A stretch of DNA of 64,000 bases, taken from Eledone cirrhosa (taxonomy: Eukaryota). Below the pieces are notes generated by a model. The model saw only the letters and a list, made by a program, of their open reading frames with translations, searched no databases and had not been told where the DNA came from. The translations under genes were made by a program, and so were the position numbers. Location: positions 14,384,001 to 14,448,000 of the forward strand of contig OZ024762.1 of NCBI GenBank assembly GCA_964016885.1, read 5' to 3'. Shown here in pieces: positions 46,769 to 64,000 of this stretch. Within the stretch, counting starts at the first letter, position 1. The number at the start of each line of letters is the position of its first letter.

Positions 46769-46907
46769 AAATTGGAATAAATGCTCTGAAATAGCGATAT
46801 ATATGTGAATATAGACATAGAATATTCGAAAATATTCTGTATGTTTATAATAAACATTTTGAAGACCTAATCGCTATAGAATAGAATACGTCACGTATTA
46901 CAATTAG

Positions 46908-46996
46908 ATTCTCGATAAAAGCAAGGGAAGTAATCTACGCGTTTCATTCTAGTTAGAAATCATCAGGACTACATATCCAGTGCTTTTATCGAGAAT
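46908..46996 (-). ncRNA. Type I hammerhead ribozyme motif, monomer 1
   Basis: GUAGUC-CUGAUGA-U-UUCU(AACU)AGAA-U-GAAAC-GC-GUA-GAUUAC enclosed by a 16-bp stem AUUCUCGAUAAAAGCA/UGCUUUUAUCGAGAAU. Confidence 0.78.
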
Positions 46997-47217
46997 GACA
47001 CAGCTAGAGACTTATAGAATACTTAGCTGTGTACAGGAACTGGTTTGAAAGAGCGGTTGCCGGTCCGGCAGAAATTAGAAATTGGAATAAATGCTCTGAA
47101 ATAGCGATATATATGTGAATATAGACATAGAATATTCGAAAATATTCTGTATGTTTATAATAAACATTTTGAAGACCTAATCGCTATAGAATAGAATACG
47201 TCACGTATTACAATTAG

Positions 47218-47306
47218 ATTCTCGATAAAAGCAAGGGAAGTAATCTACGCGTTTCATTCTTCTTAGAAATCATCAGGACTACATATCCAGTGCTTTTATC
47301 GAGAAT
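47218..47306 (-). ncRNA. Type I hammerhead ribozyme motif, monomer 2
   Basis: As monomer 1, but loop II is AAGA. Confidence 0.78.
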
Positions 47307-47771
47307 GACACAGCTAGAGACTTATAGAATACTTAGCTGTGTACAGGAACTGGTTTGAAAGAGCGGTTGCCGGTCCGGCAGAAATTAGAAATTGGAATAA
47401 ATGCTCTGAAATAGCGATATATATGTGAATATAGACATAGAATATTCGAAAATATTCTGTATGTTTATAATAAACATTTTGAAGACCTAATCGCTATAGA
47501 ATAGAATACGTCACGTATTACAATTAGATTCTCGATAAAAGCAAGGGAAGTAATCTACGCGTTTCATTCTTCTTTATTCTATAGCGATTAGGTCTTCAAA
47601 ATGTTTATTATAAACATACAGAATATTTTCGAATATTCTATGTCTATATTCACATATATATCGCTATTTCAGAGCATTTATTCCAATTTCTAATTTCTGC
47701 CGGACCGGCAACCGCTCTTTCAAACCAGTTCCTGTACACAGCTAAGTATTCTATAAGTCTCTAGCTGTGTC

Positions 47772-47860
47772 ATTCTCGATAAAAGCACTGGATATGTAGT
47801 CCTGATGATTTCTAAGAAGAATGAAACGCGTAGATTACTTCCCTTGCTTTTATCGAGAAT
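47772..47860 (+). ncRNA. Type I hammerhead ribozyme motif, inverted copy
   Basis: Stem I 47796-47801/47833-47838, CTGATGA 47802-47808, GAAAC 47823-47827, cleavage triplet GTA 47830-47832. Confidence 0.78.
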
Positions 47861-47980
47861 CTAATTGTAATACGTGACGTATTCTATTCTATAGCGATTA
47901 GGTCTTCAAAATGTTTATTATAAACATACAGAATATTTTCGAATATTCTATGTCTATATTATATATACATATATATATAC

Positions 47981-48011
<31 letters not shown>

Positions 48012-48019
48012 CATATACA

Positions 48020-48121
<102 letters not shown>

Positions 48122-48183
48122 CATATATATCTATATATATACATACATATATATCTATATATATACATATATATATATATACA

Positions 48184-48793
48184 TGGTGGTGGCTGCCAAC
48201 TCGTTTTCGAGTACGGCCACTACTTTATATCCATGTAGGAGAACCCCTACCGATGCGCTGAACGAGTGTGACTTTTTAGTCCAGCCAGCGACTTGAAAAC
48301 TCTGGTACAAACACTACACCTGTGACAACTATTGACACAGTGCTGGGCCCATGGTACCATGTGACGACAAGTGCAGAGAGATCTCCAGATATAAAGCAAT
48401 GCCTGTGCCGTGAAGCTTTTATAGTGAGCAAAGGCACTGCACAAAGCCAGTCCCACTCTCTTAACCAAGATGATATTTACCAAAAAGAAGAACAAGTCAA
48501 CATCATTGGATACCATCAGGGTTGCAGGTGTTATATCAGAGTTTTCCTTCTCCTAGAATTCTGCCTTGACAAAGGCTAAGGGGTCATCTCTCCCGGTGAA
48601 TTTGGATGGCCATTGACTCTTAAGAGCTCCTTTGCCCTTTGACAGGTTTTGTTTTTAGTCCTGCAGGATGTCCAAAGTCACCCTCCTCACCAAGAAACCT
48701 TGGTGGAGTTGCCAGTTTAGTCGCCAACGACCCGACCATGGGACAGGTTGTACTGGGATACATGTTACCAGTAGCACCAACTGGTGACCTGAC
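48184..48793 (-). mobile_element. Short RTE-derived non-autonomous element (5' UTR-like part fused to 3' end)
   Basis: Ends in a C2H2-like motif [22 protein letters not shown] typical of RTE ORF termini; TAGGAGAAGGAAAACTCTGA resembles RTE 5' UTRs; short CCA tail. Confidence 0.6.
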
Positions 48794-51857
<3,064 letters not shown>

Positions 51858-51858
<1 letters not shown>

Positions 51859-52232
51859 TTCTAGGAGAAGGAAAACTCTGATATAACACCTGCAACCCTG
51901 ATGGTATCCAATGATGTTGACTTGTTCTTCTTTTTGGTAAATATCATCTTGGTTAAGAGAGTGGGACTGGCTTTGTGCAGTGCCTTTGCTCACTATAAAA
52001 GCTTCACAGCACAGGCATTGCTTTATATCTGGAGATCTCTCTGCACTTGTCATCACATGGTACCATGGGCCCAGCACTATGTGTCAATAATTGTCACAAG
52101 TGTAGTGTTTGTACCAGAGTTTTCAAGTCGCTGGCTGGACTAAAAAGTCACACTCGTTCAGCGCATTGGTAGGGGTTCTCCTACATGGATATAAAGTAGT
52201 GGCCGTACTCGAAAACGAGTTGGCAGCCACCA
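51858..52232 (+). mobile_element. Partial inverted copy of 48184-48560
   Basis: Reverse complement with a few differences; ORF 51901-52143 vs ORF 48247-48516. Confidence 0.9.
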
Positions 52233-52622
52233 TATGTATGTATATATATGTGTATATGTATGTATATAAATGTGTATATGTATGTATATGTATGTATATA
52301 TATGTATGTATTTATATATGTATGTATATATGTATGTATATATATACATGTACGTATGTATGTATATATATATATGTATGTGTGTATATATATATGTGTG
52401 TATATATATATGTATGTATATATATATATGTATGTATGTATGTATATGTATTTATGTATATATATATATGTATGTATGTATATATGTATGTATATATGTA
52501 TGTATATATGTATGTATGTATATATATGTATGTATGTATGTATATGTATGTATGTATGTATGTATATATATGTATGTATGTATGTGTATGTATATATATG
52601 TATGTATGTATATGTATGTATG

Positions 52623-52777
<155 letters not shown>

Positions 52778-52779
52778 AC

Positions 52780-52817
<38 letters not shown>

Positions 52818-52869
52818 ATATATATATGTATGTATATATATATATGTATGTATATATATATATGTATGT

Positions 52870-52909
<40 letters not shown>

Positions 52910-53027
52910 GTATATATATGTATGTATGTATATATATGTTTGTATGTATATATATGTATGTATGTATATATATGTTTGTATGTATATATATGTATGTATA
53001 TATATATATATATGTATATATATATGT

Positions 53028-53875
53028 ATCATCATCATCATCAACGTTTAACGTCCGTGTTCCACGCTTGTATGGGTTTGGACGGGGGTTTTTCCGCTTG
53101 AGGCAAGAGTGGTTGTCTTGCTCGCAAGGTTTTCTACAGTTGGATGCCCTTCCTAACACCAACCACATTTACAGTGTGGGGCTGGGAGTGTTTACCGTGT
53201 TGCCTACACGGCCACATTACAGCGTGGACTGTCTCGCGGGTTTTCTACAGCTGGATGCCCTTCCTAACACCAACCACATTTACAGTGTGGGGCTGGGAGT
53301 GTTTACCGTGTTGCCTACACGGCCACATTACAGCGTGGACTGTCTCGCGGGTTTTCTACAGCTGAATGCCCTTCCTAACACCAACCACATTTACAGCGTG
53401 GACTGTGTGTTTTTTTGTCGTGACACCTACACGATCTCATTTGTTTCGACCTGGATGGTGTGACACCAACATAACTTTACATAGAAGGGGGTGGTGTGGA
53501 TGGGGTGGTGGGACGGGGGTGTATTTTGTTAGAGATGCCTACTGACTGTAGTAGGTTTTACTATGTATTTAGGTAAGGCGGGTCTTCTCTATTACTGTGT
53601 AGCGCCAAAGGTCTCGGTCCAGTGACATTGTCTTGGTGAGGTGTAAGTGTGTGAGGTCGGAGTTTATCAGCTCGTCCCAGGTTTTTCTAGGTCTGCCTAT
53701 TCCGTGGCTACCGTCTATCTTTATTGCCCTGCACTTTGTTACACAGCTATCGACTTTCATGCGCATCACGTGTCCATACCAACGTAGCCTTCTCTCGAGT
53801 AAACAACATCTGATCCCTCTTATTTCTAATTTTTTCCTTAGTTCGTTTATGCTTTGCCGTTCACGTATATTACTA
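53028..53875 (-). mobile_element. RTE LINE 3' fragment with a tandem duplication in the 3' UTR
   Basis: GRPRKTWDE..DRDLWR; (GAT)n tail; closely related to 57168-57845. Confidence 0.9.
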
Positions 53876-54126
53876 TAAGAGCATTTGATGTTATTCCAAA
53901 TTGAAGGATAAGTGTTTTGAACTTTATTTTATCATGAGTTAAAAGTCTATTGATTTTTCCCTGGATTTCACTAAATTCTGTGGTTGAATTTATATACTGA
54001 TTCTCTTTTGCGATGAGTTTGAATTATTTTTCCTAAAACCTACTTTTCCCATCTTGACGTTATAGTCGCATATATGTTATAGAATGCTGTTAGCTTCTCG
54101 CTAAAACAATCTCTATACCTCTCATT

Positions 54127-54157
<31 letters not shown>

Positions 54158-54161
54158 GTTT

Positions 54162-54197
<36 letters not shown>

Positions 54198-54198
54198 G

Positions 54199-54339
<141 letters not shown>

Positions 54340-54408
54340 GTATATGTATATATATATGTATATATATATGTATATATATATGTATATATATGTATATATA
54401 TATGTATA

Positions 54409-54513
<105 letters not shown>

Positions 54514-54554
54514 GTATATATATATGTATATATATATGTATATATATATATATG

Positions 54555-54586
<32 letters not shown>

Positions 54587-54592
54587 TATATA

Positions 54593-54672
<80 letters not shown>

Positions 54673-54719
54673 TATATACATATATATACATATATATATA
54701 CATATATATATACATATAC

Positions 54720-54750
<31 letters not shown>

Positions 54751-54832
54751 CATGTATATATATATGTATATGTATTTATGTATATATATATATATATATG
54801 TATTTATGTATATATATATATATGTATGTATG

Positions 54833-54871
<39 letters not shown>

Positions 54872-54880
54872 GTATGTATG

Positions 54881-54917
<37 letters not shown>

Positions 54918-55149
54918 GTATATATATATATTTCGTTTCTGAATTTGTTTAGCAAGATTCTTTATCTGAAATTGTGTGTTGAAACTGATATTGTTATACT
55001 TTGGGAGGGTCATGTTGCCAATAAGAAACACACGCACCAGTTGCTTTCACTTCAATTTATTATATATTTATAAATTTATAAATTTACAAATCTACAAACT
55101 TATAAATTTCTGGTTGGTTGGTTCCACAACTAGATAGTTGTTTATATAT

Positions 55150-55194
55150 AGTCATAGTCCTTTCGTCACACACTCTGTGACCTCTTCAGTGACT
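55150..55194 (-). ncRNA. Minimal hammerhead ribozyme motif in the Penelope 3' terminal region
   Basis: AGUCA-CUGAAGA-G-GUCACA(GAGUG)UGUGAC-GAAAG-GA-CUA-UGACU. Confidence 0.7.
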
Positions 55195-55379
55195 GGGGAT
55201 TCCTTTCTTCTGTCCTACGCCATTTTGTTTCTGTGTGTGTGTTGTGTGCTCAGTTTGCGCATGCGACATATCCGGGTGTCTGTGTGTGTTTGTGTTCATT
55301 TATCTATTTGTTTATTTACTTATTTATTTATTGTTGGTTGGTTGTTTGTTCTATGTGTGTGTGTGTTTTCATTTTGTCC

Positions 55380-56837
55380 TTAATTGTAAGTTGTGATGTT
55401 GCTGTTCCACTCATATTTTCTATTTAATTTTGGTTGTAATTCTTTTATGCTTACTGCCTCTGTAATTTGCCTAAACATTGCATCTTTTCTGTGTGTGGAT
55501 TCTATTTTTATTTCTATGTTCTCTAATTTACCCCTGTGCTCTATCTTAGCATGTTGGTAGAGCACAGATGATTCTTTATTATCTTGAAGGTCTCGCCAGT
55601 GTTCATTTATTCGTTCCCCTATACTACAAGCTGTCTCACCTATGTACACTATATTTTTGTTTCTACATTGTCCTTCAGTACATCTTATGCTATACACTAC
55701 ATTTCTAGTTTTACAGTTAATATGGGGGCTTATTTTACAGGTTATACATTTCTTATCTATACATGAGGGTCTTTGGAACGGGTATGTCTTGCTAATAAGT
55801 GTTTTTACGGAGGTACCTGGTCTTTCTACTATCTTAATATTGAGTTTCTGTTTATTTAGGGCCCTTCTAAATTTGTAGGCTAGTTCGCCTCTAGGGGTTG
55901 TATTGATGAACATTACACTCTGGTATTTATTGCTATCATACCATGAGTTTATTCTATTGGCCTTGTTCCTAGTTCTTTCTATTCTATTCCAAAATTTGCT
56001 CCTATACAAGGGGCAGGTCCCATTTATGTCATTATTTACCATTTTTTCCCATTTGGTTCTGGCTCCTCTATACACTCTGATTCTATCTCTCTGATTGTAG
56101 CCAGAGAACTGCATACGGTGGATGAAGTGTTGTATGTGTCTCTCTAGTTCTTCGGGGTTGCACATGCTGGACACATTTCTCATCACCCGTACCAAATCCG
56201 CAATCAGTATGTTGATTTTGGTATGGTCCGAAATGGCCGAGTTTCGGTGGATCAGATGTTTGGAAGTCATGGGTTTGGCATAATGGGAATGGAGGATTTG
56301 TTTTTGGTTGTTAATGGTATCTAACCAGAGCTCTGTGTCTAGTACAGGTAATCGATGGTTGGGGTGTCTACTTGGGTAGTCTATAGTAACTCTAATGCTC
56401 TGGTGGATGGAGTTTGCTATTTGCTGGATGCTTTCCATTGTCTTTTTCTCTAGTTCCTGACTGTTCTTTAGTGGGGGTGTCTTAACTACGATGTTTATAT
56501 CATCTACGTAGCGGGAGTACATTATCAGGGTTAAGCTGTCTTCTAATTGTTCTTTAAGTTTTTGTTTAAGTCTACTGTCCCACCATACCATGAATAAGTT
56601 AGCTATGTCGCCTGCAATGCTAACACCAATGGCTGCTCCTTCCTCTTGGGCATATGTTTTACCATTAAATTTGAACATATGTTCCTTAAGGGTTAATTTT
56701 ATGCTGGCCCCTACCGCATGTGCAATCATTTTCTTCAGTTCATCGTGGTTTTCGGGTGTCCGTATGGCTCTGGTCCACCCGTTCCATCTATTTGTGTGGA
56801 TTTTCTTGGCCATTGAGATAATGGTAGGTGGTCTGCC
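55380..56837 (-). mobile_element. Penelope-like element, 5'-truncated ORF: RT C-terminal part and GIY-YIG endonuclease
   Basis: Open 477-aa frame with YAQEEGAAIG, YSRYVDD, LPVLD, Cys motif CIDKKCITC, and NVVYSIRC..VYIGET..ERINEH. Confidence 0.92.
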
Positions 56838-57167
56838 TATATATATGTATATATGTATATATGTTTATATATATATGTATATTTATATATGTATATATAT
56901 GTATATATATATATGTATATTTATATATGTATATATATATATGTATATATATATATGTATATATATATGTATATAAATATATATGTATATATATATGTAT
57001 ATATATATATATGTATATATATATGTATATATATATGTATATATATATATGTATATATATATATGTATATATGTATATATATATGTATATATATATGTAT
57101 ATATATGTATATATATATATGTATATATATGTATATATATATATATGTATATATATGTGTATATATA

Positions 57168-60066
57168 TCATCATCATCATCATCAACGTTTAACGTCCGT
57201 GTTCCACGCTTGCATGGGTTTGGACGGGGGTAGTCCCACTTGAGGCAAGAGTGATTGTCTTGCTCGCATAGGACTGTCTGGCAGGTTTTCTACAGTTGGA
57301 TGCCCTTCCTAACACCAACCACATTTACAGTGTGGGTCTGGGAGGTTTTTACCGTGTTGCCTACACGGCCACATTACAGCGTGGACTGTGTGTTTTTTTG
57401 TCGTGACACCTACACGATCTCATTTGTTTCGGCCTGGATGGCGCGGCACCAACATAACTTTACATAGAACGGGGTGGTGTGGATGGGGTGGGGGTGGTGG
57501 TGGTGGTGGGACGGGGTGTATTTTGTTAGAGATGCCTACTGGCAAGGCGGGTCTTCTCTATTACTGAGTACCGCCAAAGGTCTCGGTCCAGTGACATTGT
57601 CTTGGTGAGGTGTAAGTGTGTGAGGTCGGAGTTTATCAGCTCGTCCCAGGTTTTTCTGGGTCTGCCTATTCCGTGGCTACCGTCTATCTCTATTGCCCTG
57701 CACTTTGTTATACAGCTATCATCCTTCATGTGCATCACGTGACCATACCAACGTAGCCTTCTCTCTAGTAAACAACATCTGATCCCTCTTATTTCTAATT
57801 TTTTCCTTAGTTCGTTTATGCTTTGTCGTTCACGTATATTACTATTACACATCCAGCGGAGCATGCAAGCTTCGTTTCTCTCTAGTCTGTGTATATCCTC
57901 TGCACACAATGCCCAGGTCTCACTGCCATGCAACATTGCTGTTCGTATGCAGGCATCGTACAGCCTGCCTTTCATTTTTAGGGAGAACCCTTTAGCGGCT
58001 AATAGTGGTATAAGCTCTCTGAACTTTTTCCACCCAGTTCTGACTCTAGCTACTGTACTTTCAGAGCACCCTCCCCCACTGCTGATTTTGTCACCCAGGT
58101 AACGGAAGCTGTCCACTATTTCTATAGAACCCTCTGCGCAGTTGAAAGAGCTAGTATTTTGTGAGCACTTGCTGCTACTTATATTCCCAGAACACCGGCC
58201 ACATGTAAAATCTATGTTCTTAGTTAGCTTACCTGTGATCCCACTACATCTTTTATGCACCCAAACTTTGCATTTGGGACACAAAATGGAATTTCTACCT
58301 ACGCCTTTCCTACACTCTGCGCATGGCCACTTCCCGGAGGGGACCGCCGCCTTATTTTCTTTCTTACAAACTAGAACTTTAGTCTTAGCTAGGTTAATTT
58401 TAAGGCCTTTTGATTCTAGGCCGTGCTTCCATGTTTGGAATTTCTTCTCTAGCTCGGCCATTGATTCAGCTATGAGCGTTAGATCATCTGCGTATAGGAG
58501 TTCCCATGGGCAGCCGGTCTTGAACTCCACTGTTATAGCCTGGAGGGCAATAATAAATAGTAGGGGGCTAAGAACAGAGCCCTGATGAACACCAACTTTA
58601 CACTAAACTCTTCACTATATTCGTTGTTAATTCTAACCTTGCTAACTGTTTCTTTATACATGGCTTGTATAGCTCTCACAAGCCATTCATCAACACCTAG
58701 TTTTCTAAGAGCCCACCAGATAATGGAACGGGGGACTCTGTCGAAGGCCTTCTCCAAGTCGACGAAAGCTAAGTATAGGGGTTTACTTTTAGCTAGGTAC
58801 TTCTCCTGTAGTTGTCGTACAATGAAAAGAGCGTCTGTGGTACTTTTTCCTGACACAAACCCGAACTGCATTTCATCTAGATCAATTCGCTCTCTGATTA
58901 GTTGCGCTATAACTTTTTCCGTGACCTTCATGACCTGGTCGATTAATTTAATGCCTCTATAGTTACTCCTATCTAGGGCATCTCCTTTACCCTTATAACA
59001 GTTAACGATAATGCTGCTGCGCCAGTCCTTCGGAACAACCCCATTCTGTATGACTTGGTTGACAATCCGGGTGACCATGGTGTGTCCCACCGTACCAGAT
59101 GCCTTCAGCATCTCGGCAACTATTTCCGAAGGCCCAGCCGCCTTGCCTGTCTTCATATCTTTGATTGCCTTACTTATTATACTACCCTCGACTAACACTG
59201 CTGGTCCCTCTATTGGGTCGATGTGGGGGAGACTGTCTTTCTCCCATTTATTCTCCTCATTTAGTAGCCTTTCATAGTGACACTTCCAAGCTACCTTCTT
59301 ATCGGCGTCGGTGATGGCAAGTATGCCGTCATCGTTAAGTACACACTTCTCCCCGACAATATCACTGTTTTCCTTGACACATTGCCTAGCAATCCTGAAC
59401 ACCTCACGTTTTTGGTCATCGCGTTGTAGAACATGCTTGAACTTTCTTTCCTCTGCTTCCCTTCTTGCGAAGTACACTTGTCTCCTAGCTTCCCTCCTGG
59501 CCACTTGATAGTCTTCTCTGCTTCCCCCATCCCGCCATACTTTCCAAGCCTGCTTTTTGGCCTTAATTGACCCCTCCACCTCACTGTTCCACCACCATGT
59601 TACTCTCCTCCTGCCTACAGGCCTGCTCCAGCCACAGACTTCGTCTGCCGCCGTCAGCAGGTTTGCTTTCAGGAATTCCCACTGTTCCTCTACCTTGTAC
59701 GTCTCTAATTGCTCTTCCTCACTGTCGAAAGCATCAAGTAATATGCTTTGGAATTTATTTTTCGCTGTGGGGTCCTTTAGCTTCCATATTTTTCTCCTGA
59801 GGATAGTCCTCTTCTGTTGTCTAGTACGTCTCGTCCTGACTATTAGGTCGCTAATTATCAGTCTATGTTGGGAAGTGCATTCTTCATGGGGGAGGGATTT
59901 AGTGTTTACGACAGTCACTTTGTCACGTCTTCTGGTAAGGATATAATCTACCTGGCTAGTATGTTCCCCTGATCTGTAGGTGATCAAGTGATTGTCTCGT
60001 TTTTTGAAGTTAGTGTTGCAGATAGTTAGGTTATTTGCGTCGCAGAATTCCAGGATTCTGGAGCCT
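57168..60066 (-). mobile_element. RTE-clade LINE, 5'-truncated: APE C-terminus and RT, one frameshift at ~58598
   Basis: [42 protein letters not shown], (GVH)[27 protein letters not shown]; (GAT)n tail. Confidence 0.95.
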
Positions 60067-60111
60067 ATATATGTATATATATATATGTATATATATATGT
60101 ATATATATATG

Positions 60112-60174
<63 letters not shown>

Positions 60175-60327
60175 GTATATATATGTATATATGTATATAT
60201 ATATGTATATTTATATATGTATATATATGTATATATATATATATATATGTATGTATATATATATGTATATATATATATATATGTATATATATGTATATAT
60301 ATATACATATATATATGTATATATATG

Positions 60328-60383
<56 letters not shown>

Positions 60384-60444
60384 CACATATATATATATAT
60401 GTATATATACACACATATATATATATATATGTATATATACACAC

Positions 60445-60503
<59 letters not shown>

Positions 60504-60513
60504 CATATATATA

Positions 60514-60546
<33 letters not shown>

Positions 60547-60584
60547 GTATATATACACATATATATATATATATATACACATAT

Positions 60585-60838
60585 ATCATCATCATCATCA
60601 TCATCAACGTTTAACGTCCGTGTTCCACGCTTGCATGGGTTTGGACGGGGGTAGTCCCACTTGAGGCAAGAGTGATTGTCTTGCTCGCATAGGACTGTCT
60701 GGCAGGTTTTCTACAGTTGGATGCCCTTCCTAACACCAAACACATTTACAGTGTGGGTCTGGGAGGTTTTTACCGTGTTGCCTACACGGCCACATTACAG
60801 CGTGGACTGTGTGTTTTTTTGTCGTGACACCTACACGA

Positions 60839-60843
<5 letters not shown>
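60585..60843 (-). mobile_element. RTE 3' UTR fragment near-identical to 57168-57422
   Basis: Direct sequence match. Confidence 0.9.
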
Positions 60844-60915
<72 letters not shown>

Positions 60916-60936
60916 CATATATATATATATACACAC

Positions 60937-62600
<1,664 letters not shown>

Positions 62601-62708
62601 CATTTCTCCGGAATATAATTTATACTCGTTGAGCAAACCTGCACGTACGCTGTTCATCTCTAACGTAACGATATATTATCACTACATTATTGATAACCTG
62701 AAATTTTA

Positions 62709-62740
<32 letters not shown>

Positions 62741-62878
62741 ACGAAGGAAATGTGGTAAGGAACCAGGTGGACCATAACGCACCAAAGTACTCAATACTTG
62801 AGGTAGTAGAGTGGGTAATAGGAACCAGTAAGACCCCGACAGCTGAGCTCAAGCCGTTTCGACGGCTAATTCTGGACG

Positions 62879-63078
62879 NNNNNNNNNNNNNNNNNNNNNN
62901 NNNNNNNNNNNNNNNNNNNNNNNNNNNNNNNNNNNNNNNNNNNNNNNNNNNNNNNNNNNNNNNNNNNNNNNNNNNNNNNNNNNNNNNNNNNNNNNNNNNN
63001 NNNNNNNNNNNNNNNNNNNNNNNNNNNNNNNNNNNNNNNNNNNNNNNNNNNNNNNNNNNNNNNNNNNNNNNNNNNNNN
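62879..63078. other. Assembly gap (200 N)
   Basis: Run of N. Confidence 0.99.
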
Positions 63079-63096
63079 ATATATATGATATATATA

Positions 63097-63138
<42 letters not shown>

Positions 63139-63345
63139 GGAGAATAGAGGAAAGGTGTTCCTCAAAAAACCAGTATGACTCTAAAAACCGGTTTGTCTGT
63201 GTGTTTACATACAGAATAGCTGGCCACTCACAGTAAAGTGACCAGTGAAAAAACTTAGTACATCTACATATGTATACGTGTGTGTATTCATATACATACT
63301 AGTATTTCAGTATACATATATGGATGTACATCATTAACTTAATTA

Positions 63346-64000
<655 letters not shown>

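Larger units (their letters stand above)
46769..47960. mobile_element. 310-bp tandem repeat (2.6 copies) plus a 386-bp inverted copy; candidate non-LTR retrozyme locus
   Basis: ATTGGAATAA at 46771, 47081 and 47391; 47575-47960 is the reverse complement of 47118-47503; hammerhead motif in each complete monomer. Confidence 0.8.

Noticed and set aside
53876-54125. Unique A-rich segment that might continue a Penelope ORF
   Set aside because: Stops in all minus-strand frames; no assignable motif.
62735-62878. Minus-strand GAAAC next to the gap, possible half hammerhead of a Penelope end
   Set aside because: The CUGANGA half would lie in the N gap and stem III is unconvincing.

Overview
AT-rich eukaryotic DNA made almost entirely of repeats, with no host protein-coding gene that I can support. 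The mix of repeats ((TA)n/(TACA)n blocks, RTE, CR1, Penelope, mariner, Meta-domain SINEs) suggests a mollusc, probably a cephalopod; this is inference. (1) Positions ~17-43626 form a giant imperfect palindrome centred at ~21666. The arms carry independent mutations, a CR1 insertion sits in the left arm only, and the central unit is duplicated again at ~25846-27799. (2) The centre is flanked by head-to-head arrays of an 88-bp satellite whose monomer appears to be a fusion of the two ends of a mariner transposon. (3) At 46769-47960 a 310-bp tandem repeat with a foldback copy carries a type I hammerhead ribozyme motif in each complete monomer, making it a candidate non-LTR retrozyme (circular RNA element). 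(4) The right third holds RTE and Penelope-like retroelements embedded in TA microsatellites, one with its own minimal hammerhead and one with an inverted terminal repeat, plus a 200-N gap. All long Y/I/H/T/M/C/V ORFs are microsatellite artefacts. Coordinates and copy numbers were read by eye.
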